Source of the DNA: an uncultured Verrucomicrobiae bacterium
GTDB lineage: Bacteria; Verrucomicrobiota; Verrucomicrobiia; Limisphaerales; Palsa-1400
Direction: 5' to 3'
DNA length: 64,000 bases
Assembly: GCA_963764165.1 (NCBI GenBank)
Contig: CAVXRD010000002.1
Span: 1,920,001 to 1,984,000 of the forward strand
Position 1 is the stretch's first letter. Every line of letters starts with the position of its first letter. This document shows positions 41,211 through 49,944 of this stretch, piece after piece. A model generated the notes under the pieces. It was not told where the DNA came from. It worked only from the letters and a program-made list of their open reading frames with translations, and made no database searches. The position numbers were made by a program, and so were the translations under genes.

Positions 41211-41296
41211 TATGCTTCGGTTGATATGCGAATGCCCCACTCTAGGGTGCGTTTACACGGACGATGATACCATCGGAAATCGCCAAAACTGGAATT

Positions 41297-42211
41297 CTAA
41301 CTCTCGTTAGCCCGATTTGGTCTTTTTTGATTGGAATTCACGTACAAACTTTCCACATGTCTTAGGAATTCCTCTGTATTTTTAGCGTATCGTTTCTCCT
41401 TTTCACCTACGATCTTGCCGTTATCCGTGAAAGCCTCATAAACGCTGTTAGAAATGCAAGGATCATAATTATCGGTTGCGCCCTTTTTATGAAACCATTT
41501 AATCACCCGATCAAGCGCAGGCCGTGCCGTTTCCGATCCTATCGAGTCCGACTTTAATGGAACTCGGTATTCCACACACACTTGTTCCATAATATCTTTG
41601 AAAAAGGGTCCTCTTTTTTGCCAGATTTGTTCCAGCCTTTCCCATGCCGTACCAACTATGGCGCAACCGCACCATGCCGATTGCCTCTCTAATTCGTGGC
41701 ATTCAATGATTGGCTTTCCCACAAAACAATGTTGTTCAATAAAAAAATTACCCTCTGAAATTGCGCCACGCAACGGCAGGCCATAGTTGAACATTCGTTC
41801 CATCAGTGCAGCGCAGTCGGAAAAAAAATCGAACCAGTAGAGCGGTTCTGCTTCAGATGCTCTTTCCCCTTGTGGAATCTCATACCAAAGAAGAATTGAA
41901 TCGGCAAAAATGATTGAGCTTGTAGGTTTTTCACGCGGACCAGATTTCCGCACTGTTTCTTCTCTGATCTCATTTTGAATACTCAACAATCTCCCTTTTA
42001 TGATTTTGGCCGCCTCGCGAATGTTTTCATCGGAAGCAATCTTGCTGAATCCTAAAATGTCGAAATAGGCCACCAACCCCTGTTGGATTCCATCACAATT
42101 GCCAAGCAGCGATTCCTGCACAGTATTGAAACCGAATTCTACCCTCTTTCTTCCGCTACCGTTGCTGACAGCGCATGGTTGCGGCGACATCCTTAAATCT
42201 TCAAAGTTCAT
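41297..42211 (-). CDS. Class III nucleotide cyclase-like domain protein
   Basis: VAYFDILGFS, IFADSI, LPLRGAISEG, GKPIIECHELE; start uncertain. Confidence 0.6.
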   Translation of the reverse strand: MNFEDLRMSPQPCAVSNGSGRKRVEFGFNTVQESLLGNCDGIQQGLVAYFDILGFSKIASDENIREAAKIIKGRLLSIQNEIREETVRKSGPREKPTSSIIFADSILLWYEIPQGERASEAEPLYWFDFFSDCAALMERMFNYGLPLRGAISEGNFFIEQHCFVGKPIIECHELERQSAWCGCAIVGTAWERLEQIWQKRGPFFKDIMEQVCVEYRVPLKSDSIGSETARPALDRVIKWFHKKGATDNYDPCISNSVYEAFTDNGKIVGEKEKRYAKNTEEFLRHVESLYVNSNQKRPNRANES

Positions 42212-42516
42212 TGCAGCGGTCCAATGTAAGCGTGCGGAAGAAAAAGTCAATGAAGGTTGAAGTTTGTGCCAGGACGGTTTGTTGCGCTCATTCTGACCGC
42301 CTCCTTGAACGCATTCCCCGGTTACACCACGCGGCCTTTTGATGGCTTGGCTTAAAGTCCCAGCCGCGACACGCAAGCAGAAAATCGGTTCCCCCTGAAG
42401 GTTTCCCCCAATTTTCCGCCTTGCGCGTTGCGCTTCGCCCCGGCTCCGAGGGACTTTTTTCGCTCACCATCAGGCCGCGATGGGCGCAGCCCGACAAACT
42501 TAACAAGGAGACTACC

Positions 42517-42729
42517 ATGAGTGATTCCACCAACAACCAAACCGCCGCTTCCAAAACTCCCAGCCACATCGTTTACCATGTCCGAGACCGCGAAGGCGGC
42601 GAGGGCTTCTGGACTCGCATCGGTGCAGCTTGGCCGCACAACGACGGCAAAGACTTCAACATCCAGATCGAAACCGTGCCGCTGGACGGACGCATCACGC
42701 TCCGCGTCGCTGCCGAAAAAGCGAAGTAA
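42517..42729 (+). CDS. Small mobile-element protein (FWTRIGAAWPH; DUF736-like)
   Basis: Strong AAGGAG RBS; followed by a GC hairpin at 42740-42761. Confidence 0.7.
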   Translation: MSDSTNNQTAASKTPSHIVYHVRDREGGEGFWTRIGAAWPHNDGKDFNIQIETVPLDGRITLRVAAEKAK

Positions 42730-42784
42730 CGCATCAACCGGGCGGGCTTCACGGCCCGCCCTTCACCCCGAAAGGAACTTTCCC

Positions 42785-43039
42785 ATGCCAACATCACCAA
42801 CACGCGACTTGCCCACTCGCTTTGACGACTACGAAATCCACGGCGTCAAGGTATTCAAGGAATCCGGCAACAAATGGTGCGAACAAGTGCCCGACCACGA
42901 AGCGGATTTTTGGAGCCTCTACGGCCACATCCCCGGCCAAGGCTTAACCGTTCTCGGTGACTTCACGACTCGTGAGCACACGGACGAACTCTACGCCCGC
43001 ATCACTGGACGCAGCTATTCCGAAGGGAGCGACGTATGA
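42785..43039 (+). CDS. Hypothetical protein
   Basis: 84 aa from ATG 42785; ATGA coupling to the next ORF. Confidence 0.6.
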   Translation: MPTSPTRDLPTRFDDYEIHGVKVFKESGNKWCEQVPDHEADFWSLYGHIPGQGLTVLGDFTTREHTDELYARITGRSYSEGSDV

Positions 43040-43365
43040 CCCACACCAACCACACAATCAATCCGCTATATGCGGCCCGCATGGCACGAACCGCACACCA
43101 GCCGTCGGCGCGTCGCCAAAACGTGCCGGTCTATGCCCGGCTTCCGTTGGCACCTGTCAACGCCAGCCCTGTGCCGCATCTGACCAGCCTCTATCATTTC
43201 CACCGCGCCGGTGAATACGGCGACCGCAGTTACCCAGGCAACTGTGGCGGCAAGCTCACCGACATCATCCGGTTCAGTCACGGGGCATCCAGCAGCCGCA
43301 AGATTTACCGCAGCAGCTTCATCCCCGGTCTCCACGACGTGTGTATGGTCTTTGAAAAGGCGTAA
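43036..43365 (+). pseudogene. DNA methyltransferase-like gene with in-frame internal deletion
   Basis: N-terminal YGDRSYPGNCGG joined directly to C-terminal FIPGLHDVCMVFEK; no DPxxG or PPY motifs. Confidence 0.5.
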
Positions 43366-43377
43366 CGGCTCGGAGCC

Positions 43378-43590
43378 GTGGAAGTTGTGAGGGGTTCTCC
43401 AATCATACTCGGACCTGCCATAAACGCAGGTTCGGGAATTTATCCCGACACGATTTTCGATGCGACCAACAGTTATCAGATTCAGGCGTCCACCAATCTC
43501 ACAAACTATAGCAGCGGTGGCGCGCAGACCTTTATTGACCCAAGCGCAACCAACTTGAATCGTCGTTTCTACCGCACGGCAACCCCGTGA
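43378..43590 (+). pseudogene. Remnant of a secreted protein C-terminal domain
   Basis: YQIQASTNLTN...FIDPSATN..RRFYR resembles the C-terminus of the 61775-62359 fragment; no signal peptide. Confidence 0.5.
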
Positions 43591-43658
43591 AGGAATAGCA
43601 GAGTCGGCTCCGGCACTGAACCAGTCAACTGCTGCGGCAACAGCTGATTGTGGGCAGG

Positions 43659-44204
43659 CTACTCTGACTTTCGGTATGAATTGAATCCGATCAGAATACA
43701 AAAGCCTATCGAACCTATGTAGGCTAATGCATAGCGACAATCTACGACGAATTGCCATGCACCGATGTGAGTGGAAAGTCTCAATACGTGCCAAGTAGCA
43801 AGCGCAAACCAAAGCAAAACGAAGAAGAAAGAAATGCCAACCGCAACAGCCGAAACGGAAAATCGTCGAAGCGGAAAAATGAAAATCCTCCGCTTTTCAT
43901 CAACCTTGTGGTCCCCAAAAAAGCCTTTCTCAAGCACTTCCTCGTACTCCTGGACTTTTATTTCCCACGCCTCGTGCCACCATTTGGAGCCGATGTTCAG
44001 GAGCGTCCAACAGAATGAACTGACAAAACCAAAGCATGAAACCAAAAGCAAAATGCCATCGGTCCGATCCTTCACACCTACATAGCCAACAAGCGCCGCA
44101 GCACTGATAAGCCAAAAGTAGTTAAAACGCTTCCAGAATAGTTCGATCTCGAAGTTTCGCAGTTGAAGTGCCTTTTCAAGTTTGGCTAGTTTGTTTTCGT
44201 CCAC
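43659..44204 (-). CDS. Small multi-TM membrane protein (RipA-like oligomeric membrane protein)
   Basis: ALQLRNFEIELFWKRFNYF, GSKWWHEAWE, RFSVS; family recalled from memory. Confidence 0.55.
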   Translation of the reverse strand: MDENKLAKLEKALQLRNFEIELFWKRFNYFWLISAAALVGYVGVKDRTDGILLLVSCFGFVSSFCWTLLNIGSKWWHEAWEIKVQEYEEVLEKGFFGDHKVDEKRRIFIFPLRRFSVSAVAVGISFFFVLLWFALATWHVLRLSTHIGAWQFVVDCRYALAYIGSIGFCILIGFNSYRKSE

Positions 44205-44613
44205 GATTTTTTGATCCTCCAGAATGGTGTGGTTGTTAGAGGGCCAACTATCAATATAAAACTGCAGATTGGTGTTTTAGAAGGGTCCAATAATGACCCA
44301 CGAAGTAGTGCTCCGAGTTCCCATTAGGCTCGCCGAAAGCATCTTGCGCTGAGCACAGCCCGTAGTTGCTGCGCCTAGCCTAAGCGATTTTACCACTAGC
44401 CCAACCAGTTTCTGTTTCATTCAACCACTCATAATTTCGCCATCGGCACGCAAAATCAAGCCTTTAACGCGATTATCGTTCTCAACCAGGATGTACGCCC
44501 CTAGCTGACGCATCGTTTAGTCAAATTCCTCACCGGCATGATCTTCTTTCATGTTACCTCAGACGCCCAAAGCACCCCAAACCGAACAGCGTGATTTCCC
44601 CCCTTCTTCTGAC

Positions 44614-44850
44614 TCAAAGCCCACGGAGGAAATCGCTCACAGGAATCCCGACCTCTTTCGCAATCCGCATCAACGCTTCAATGGAGATGATTTTCTCTCC
44701 TCGCTCCACTTCTCCGATGTATTTCCAGTTGAGGTCAACTTTTTCCGCCAGCATTTCTTGGGTCAGCTTCGCTTCCTTCCGGTAGCGGCGAATCGCTGCA
44801 CCGATTATCTTCCGATGCGGTAAAATGGTCTTCGGTTTGGATTTGCCCAC
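44614..44850 (-). CDS. XRE family HTH regulator
   Basis: IRRYRKEAKLTQEMLAEKVDLNWKYIGEVERGEK. Confidence 0.88.
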   Translation of the reverse strand: MGKSKPKTILPHRKIIGAAIRRYRKEAKLTQEMLAEKVDLNWKYIGEVERGEKIISIEALMRIAKEVGIPVSDFLRGL

Positions 44851-44990
44851 GGTGAGCCGTAGTTAGGCAAAATCCCCTCCAAAGCGACACCAGCAACATG
44901 CTGGTATTTTGTTCTTGAATTCTTTGGCGCTATTTCACAAGATTCTCACGCCAGCGGCGCATAAACGCTGACGAATTACTCAAAAAAATT

Positions 44991-45236
44991 ATGAAAATTA
45001 TACGAAGACTTGGTCCCGACCCTCACGAGGGCGGAAAACAATCCGCCGGAATGCGTGGTTGCCCCGATATTCTCGAACTCGAATCCGGGGATTTTGCCAT
45101 CATCGGCGCGGACATCACTGATGCCGCCAGCGCCCACCTTCCTCCGTCCGTCGGCTGTGGCCCCGATGAGCGGATTGTCCGCATCCCAAGGGCGACGCTT
45201 GTGCTCGCCCGCTCCGACATCCCAGCGACCGTCTGA
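44991..45236 (+). CDS. Hypothetical protein (GCPDILELESGDFAIIG)
   Basis: 81-aa ORF divergent from the XRE gene. Confidence 0.65.
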   Translation: MKIIRRLGPDPHEGGKQSAGMRGCPDILELESGDFAIIGADITDAASAHLPPSVGCGPDERIVRIPRATLVLARSDIPATV

Positions 45237-45372
45237 GCACACCGCAGAACGTTCGCTACACCCCGTAATGCGGCTGAAAGCAGCGCGTTGCGGGGTTTGT
45301 CTTTTCCAGCACGCCACCCGGATTTCTACACCAACTTGGGCTAAACCATTTTTCCCGTCACACTGCGGCCCC

Positions 45373-45678
45373 ATGAAATACTCCCCCAAATACGGACGCT
45401 TTCGCGCTTTGCTGCGCAAAATCAGAGAGGAAGCCGGTTTGAGCCAAACCGCTCTGGCAGTGAAGCTTGGGAGACCGCAGACATTTGTCTCCAAATCCGA
45501 GCTTGGCGAACGCCGAGTCGATTTTACGGAAGCGGTCGAATTTTGCAAAGCGTGTCGCGTCACGGTGGGGCAGTTCGCAAAACAGCTGGAAGAAGCCACC
45601 GCGCATGATGAAACAACGAGCAGGCAAAAACGACGCAGTCCACGGAAGATGGACAGTGCAGGCCGATTGGCGGATTAA
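45373..45678 (+). CDS. XRE family HTH regulator
   Basis: LRKIREEAGLSQTALAVKLGRPQTFVSKSELGERRVD. Confidence 0.85.
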   Translation: MKYSPKYGRFRALLRKIREEAGLSQTALAVKLGRPQTFVSKSELGERRVDFTEAVEFCKACRVTVGQFAKQLEEATAHDETTSRQKRRSPRKMDSAGRLAD

Positions 45679-45709
45679 TACTGATTTTGGGAAAAGGGGA
45701 GCGGCGGTT

Positions 45710-46165
45710 ATGGGGTTAGTGGCTTCGTGGTTGTCAATCCATTGGTTTAATTTACTCCAAACCATCGGCATCGTCGGTGGACTGATTTACAACGGATATT
45801 CGCTGCGACTTAATGCACGCGTTCGCAGGGTCGAGACGTTGTTCAAAGTCACCGAGCAGCAACGTTCTATTTGGCTGAAACTGGTCGATCCGGCCCACCT
45901 GAAACGATTATTACATGAACACGTAAATCTGGACGAGCACCCGCTGACGAATGATGAGGAGTTGTTTGTTAACCTGCTGCTATTGCATTTTGAAGCGGTC
46001 TTGGAGGCCACGCGCTCCCGCGTGTTCAAAAAGCCTGCCGGGATGGACGTTGATGTTCGGGCATTTCTGTCGCTGCCGATTCCCAATGCGGCTTGGAACA
46101 AACTGAAAGAATATCGTGACGCGAGGACGATCCGATATGTGGAGGGATTCTTAAGGGTTCGTTGA
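45710..46165 (+). CDS. Membrane-anchored hypothetical protein (DUF6082/DUF4760-like)
   Basis: GGGAG RBS, N-terminal TM, C-terminal AAWNKLKEY...YVE. Confidence 0.55.
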   Translation: MGLVASWLSIHWFNLLQTIGIVGGLIYNGYSLRLNARVRRVETLFKVTEQQRSIWLKLVDPAHLKRLLHEHVNLDEHPLTNDEELFVNLLLLHFEAVLEATRSRVFKKPAGMDVDVRAFLSLPIPNAAWNKLKEYRDARTIRYVEGFLRVR

Positions 46166-46293
46166 TGGGACAGGAGTCGGGGCCGAATGTCATTATTGCA
46201 TTATAGCGGTCAATTAAATGCACCAATTTCCACTCCCCGGCAAAAAATTCGACTTGAACGGCGCTGCCTCGTCGAAATTAAAGTCGCCGGAAT

Positions 46294-46473
46294 TTAAAAT
46301 TGGTCGCGGAAGGAACCCTTTTCAAGGGTTTGTGCGATGACCCGCAGCATCCACTCAAGCAATTTATGGAGGGGAGGTTTCTCGTATTGCACGCACAGAA
46401 TGTCGTCGCCATCACGATATTCGGACCGCACCCACAATTCGTCTTCGATCATTTCCAAAGTTTGAATACTCAT
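46294..46473 (-). CDS. Possible 59-aa small protein divergent from the regulator
   Basis: Hand-translated MSIQTLEMIEDELWVRSEY...GSFRDQF*; below the ORF-track cutoff. Confidence 0.3.
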   Translation of the reverse strand: MSIQTLEMIEDELWVRSEYRDGDDILCVQYEKPPLHKLLEWMLRVIAQTLEKGSFRDQF

Positions 46474-46556
46474 AATGCTTCAGATTATCGTCGCTTCTTT
46501 TGATGCTGTCATCCGTTACGAGTCGGGAAACGATGCAACCAATACGAGGGCACCGC

Positions 46557-46671
46557 GTTACGAAACGTAACTGTCCCATCGTGAAAGTCGTTTAAACGAC
46601 GACTGAGCCAAGCGGAGCACCGCTTCCCTTTCGAGGGCATCCTGAAGAATTATCCATTTACGCAACGTAAC
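46557..46671. promoter_or_regulatory. Two palindromic TTACG-N3-CGTAA boxes (candidate operators)
   Basis: GTTACGAAACGTAAC at 46557-46571 and TTACGCAACGTAA at 46658-46670, cores exactly 100 bp apart. Confidence 0.55.
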
Positions 46672-46738
46672 TAATCGTAAAGCTGCGTAAATGTTGCGAT
46701 GCCCAGACATTCAGTCTATCGTCCTCCCGTCTGTGGCT

Positions 46739-48574
46739 ATGAGCAATCAAAAGCAAGACCCCAGCATCGGAATTCGATGGGACGAAGTCAAAAAGGACTT
46801 CGCTCAACTCCTCGGCGCACTCATGCACAAGCATATTCTGTCAACCGAGGAATTGGCGATCCGTCTTGGTTTAAGTGAATCCGTGATCAGGCAGCTTCAT
46901 AATGCCAATTATCCCTACCCCGGCCCTCTCCGTAAACTCGTCAAAATCCATTCGGCAAAACCCGAGGAGGCGCCGTTTTACTTCAAACAAGGAATGGATC
47001 ACGCATTCGCCCTTGAGGCGATTGATTTTTTAAAGCTTAAGGATTTTGTCGCCTACATTTTCGAAGGGAATAATGAACGTCTGAACATTCCGCTCCGACC
47101 AATTACGACGACAATCGTCTCTACGAGGGTAAGCACCTTACCCAGGATCGAGGCTGACCAGCCGAAGTTAACTCAACATTTCAGATCGCGCACAAACACC
47201 ACTCATCCAAAAATTGCCATCTGCATGGCCGACTTTGCACATGTAGGTTTGATCAAGGATGTAGAAGCTGAAAAAAGCCGAGCAGATGACATCCGGAATT
47301 GCCTATTCGAGGCACTCGACGCAGCATTACAAGAAGCTCTCGATGCTCTACACGATCGCTCCGAATTCGTGCTCCATGTAAAAGCATCAGCAACACCGAC
47401 TCTCAAGACCACGTCTGGAATGGGCGCAATGATCATCTGGGAATATCCAACTATTTCACGCCAAATCGAACTCGGTCTCGATCTGTTCTTGATTGATTAC
47501 GCTGCCTACGCCCAATCCTATCTCTATAAAAGTCTAAACGCATTCCACGGATATTTAGGTTTTCCGTGGCTTAAACAGTTGCATCCTAGAATCGTTCTTA
47601 CCAAGGGACCGGGACTAAAGCATTTAGGCTCAAATGGCTGGGTGTTGAGTTACGAAAGTCGCAAAATAGACGAAGCGAAACGGCTCCAAAAATTGGTTCA
47701 ACGACCTGGAGTAATTATTCAAGCCGAGTTTGCGCCCGATCTCTTAATGGAGCGTTTTTGCTTTGATCAAAACAGCAGTGTAACACAGATCAATTTCGCC
47801 AAGGATGTCAACAATTCTCTCGTCAACAATCCTCAAGTATGGATGAAATTGCAAGCGGACTCAAAAGACGGGGATGGAAATCGCATCAATCGAATAGGTT
47901 GGAGGCTCCCTCGGTCCAACTTGAAAGCTGCGCCGAACATTGGAGAAGTCAAAAAGTTATTCGAGTGCCCTTACGATTTAGAATCATTGGAATGGGAAAT
48001 GAAATTTTCGGAACATGACATTGTTTCCCTCTTTGAAGTGCGCGCTCGAATTGAGGCGCAGTTTGCGGGAGAAGCGGCTTCCGCTGCTGCGAATCCTTCA
48101 TCTTTCGCAAATGGGATGCTAAATGATATTAATGCATCTGTGACGAAGATGGAAGAGATGGCAAAGACTGGCTCCGAAGCCAAAGCCATTCGAGATAAAG
48201 CTTGGCGAGCACTTGGCGATCAATTTCATTGCGGAATTGCTAGACTTTCGGACCAGCATCAAGGGGAAAAAAGAGCTGATGTTGTAAATTTAGCTTATAT
48301 CTCTACGCAGCGTGTCTGCGGTGCTGTCGAAGATCGAATTCCTCCAGTGGAAGTAGCTCGCCAGCACCGGCGAATTTTTGAAGCGATAAGGCGAGGGAAA
48401 GCAAAGGAAGCAACATCCGAAATGGAGGAACATATCTCGGCTCATTACAGAATTGCCAGAGAAGAATTGTTCAAGCAATCTATAGATGTTGCGCCGGGCG
48501 CTGCCTGCTTTCTCCAGGACTGTCCTCTTTTAACGTCACTGACCGACCAAAATAACAACTTATGCAAAATCTAA
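46739..48574 (+). CDS. Multidomain regulator: HTH + degenerate class III cyclase-like domain + FCD domain
   Basis: LSTEELAIRLGLSESVIRQL; ICMADF...SGMGAMIIW...IDEAKRLQ; LFEVRARIE...DQFHCGIARLS...QHRRIFEAI..G....A...MEEHI. Confidence 0.65.
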   Translation: MSNQKQDPSIGIRWDEVKKDFAQLLGALMHKHILSTEELAIRLGLSESVIRQLHNANYPYPGPLRKLVKIHSAKPEEAPFYFKQGMDHAFALEAIDFLKLKDFVAYIFEGNNERLNIPLRPITTTIVSTRVSTLPRIEADQPKLTQHFRSRTNTTHPKIAICMADFAHVGLIKDVEAEKSRADDIRNCLFEALDAALQEALDALHDRSEFVLHVKASATPTLKTTSGMGAMIIWEYPTISRQIELGLDLFLIDYAAYAQSYLYKSLNAFHGYLGFPWLKQLHPRIVLTKGPGLKHLGSNGWVLSYESRKIDEAKRLQKLVQRPGVIIQAEFAPDLLMERFCFDQNSSVTQINFAKDVNNSLVNNPQVWMKLQADSKDGDGNRINRIGWRLPRSNLKAAPNIGEVKKLFECPYDLESLEWEMKFSEHDIVSLFEVRARIEAQFAGEAASAAANPSSFANGMLNDINASVTKMEEMAKTGSEAKAIRDKAWRALGDQFHCGIARLSDQHQGEKRADVVNLAYISTQRVCGAVEDRIPPVEVARQHRRIFEAIRRGKAKEATSEMEEHISAHYRIAREELFKQSIDVAPGAACFLQDCPLLTSLTDQNNNLCKI

Positions 48575-49404
48575 CTGCCACGCCAATAATTCCGAAAAAT
48601 AAAGATGACATTGCTTCAATCGCTTATCGAGGCGTTTCCCTTGTCCAAAATTCCACATTACGAGATGCGCTTTCCGATACTTATCGTTCGCCGAATGGCA
48701 AAAGGGCTTTGGCTGCGGCACATGACACCTTTGACAGGCTTATTTCATCCAACTGGAGCGAAGACACGCTTTGTCGGTTCTTGTCCGGTTGGCAGTCCAT
48801 GCACGGAACGGCGCTATTTGTTAGTGGATTGGTAATTCGCTTGCACAGGCAAGCGAGTGAAACCTCCGGAGAAGCTTCTGTTGCCATGTATCGAGCCGCT
48901 GGCCAAGTGGGAGAAATAATTCCTGAGGACACCGGCGTTGATGATGTGCCTCATAACGAACGCTTCGAAGTGTTTGCGAATCAAATAGTGGGCGGCGACC
49001 GCTGGAAATTAAGTCGTTACTCTATAGATGGTTGTAATACGTTCCGTCGTTACATCAAGCAGCAAAGACTTGCGGCATCAATCGAGGATGCAATTCTTAC
49101 TACGGCGGCGTCCGAAAACTGGAATACAGGAGAATATACGTTTCTTGATTCCGTGATCCCGGCTTGGATGGTTCGTGCTTTCGGCGTTACTAAAGAACTT
49201 GCAATCGAGAAGAGCGCTTACATTTCCGTCCACGCAGGCGAAACAGAGTTGGGGCATTTTCTCCATGCCCTGGAAGCTTGGGAACTATACTGTATCGGAT
49301 CGGGGACGCGCCCTGAGCCGGATCACGCCTATCGTGTATTTGATCGCTATCTTGGACGGTTAGCAGAAGCCTTCCTCGATTTGGGCCAAGTGTTTGATAA
49401 GTGA
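48562..49404 (+). CDS. Heme-oxygenase-like diiron oxidase (CADD/PqqC/TenA fold)
   Basis: EDTG....PH, SE, YISVHAGETELGH ligand pattern; helical; overlaps the regulator stop by 13 bp. Confidence 0.7.
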   Translation: MQNLTATPIIPKNKDDIASIAYRGVSLVQNSTLRDALSDTYRSPNGKRALAAAHDTFDRLISSNWSEDTLCRFLSGWQSMHGTALFVSGLVIRLHRQASETSGEASVAMYRAAGQVGEIIPEDTGVDDVPHNERFEVFANQIVGGDRWKLSRYSIDGCNTFRRYIKQQRLAASIEDAILTTAASENWNTGEYTFLDSVIPAWMVRAFGVTKELAIEKSAYISVHAGETELGHFLHALEAWELYCIGSGTRPEPDHAYRVFDRYLGRLAEAFLDLGQVFDK

Positions 49405-49406
49405 CC

Positions 49407-49760
49407 TTATCGTTGCCGGAGTTTCGACCTTGAAATTCCATCCAATGCCACAGAATCGATGAAAAGGTTTTCCTGTTGATAACCACTGGTTGCAGCGCCC
49501 AAGAGGGCATACATATCCCACGCGCTCAATTTTTCTGCATGAAATCCATCCATCCCTGCCGCGATAAAAAAGGAACGCAAATCCTCAGACCGAACGCATC
49601 CCTGCTCGTGCATATTGATCGATCCGAGAAATTTCTTAAGCCGTGCCGCGCCCTCGGGAGTAAGCGCAAAATACGGCTCGTGGCCTTTAGTTTCTTTGTA
49701 GTTCGCAGTATTTCTTTCCAGGTTCTCTTGCAGTTTAAGTCCATCGCTGACTTTGGTCAT
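49407..49760 (-). CDS. Hypothetical protein
   Basis: GGAGG RBS before ATG 49760; converges on the diiron enzyme gene. Confidence 0.6.
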   Translation of the reverse strand: MTKVSDGLKLQENLERNTANYKETKGHEPYFALTPEGAARLKKFLGSINMHEQGCVRSEDLRSFFIAAGMDGFHAEKLSAWDMYALLGAATSGYQQENLFIDSVALDGISRSKLRQR

Positions 49761-49944
49761 AACTCCTCCCAAATGAATGAGCGATTATACTCTACTTTAA
49801 TGGAATCAACAATAAGCTTTGCGATGGTAGGAAACTTACTCACACGACGCTGTCGTCGTCCGGTGGAGTGTTGGAGGGCCTCGCATAGTCACGACAACTT
49901 TATCAGCTATAATTCAGTATGTTAGCGCAATAACTGGAGTCGCA

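Noticed and set aside
44250..44440. Possible small minus-strand ORF upstream of the membrane protein gene
   Set aside because: Short, no motif or clear RBS; cannot be supported
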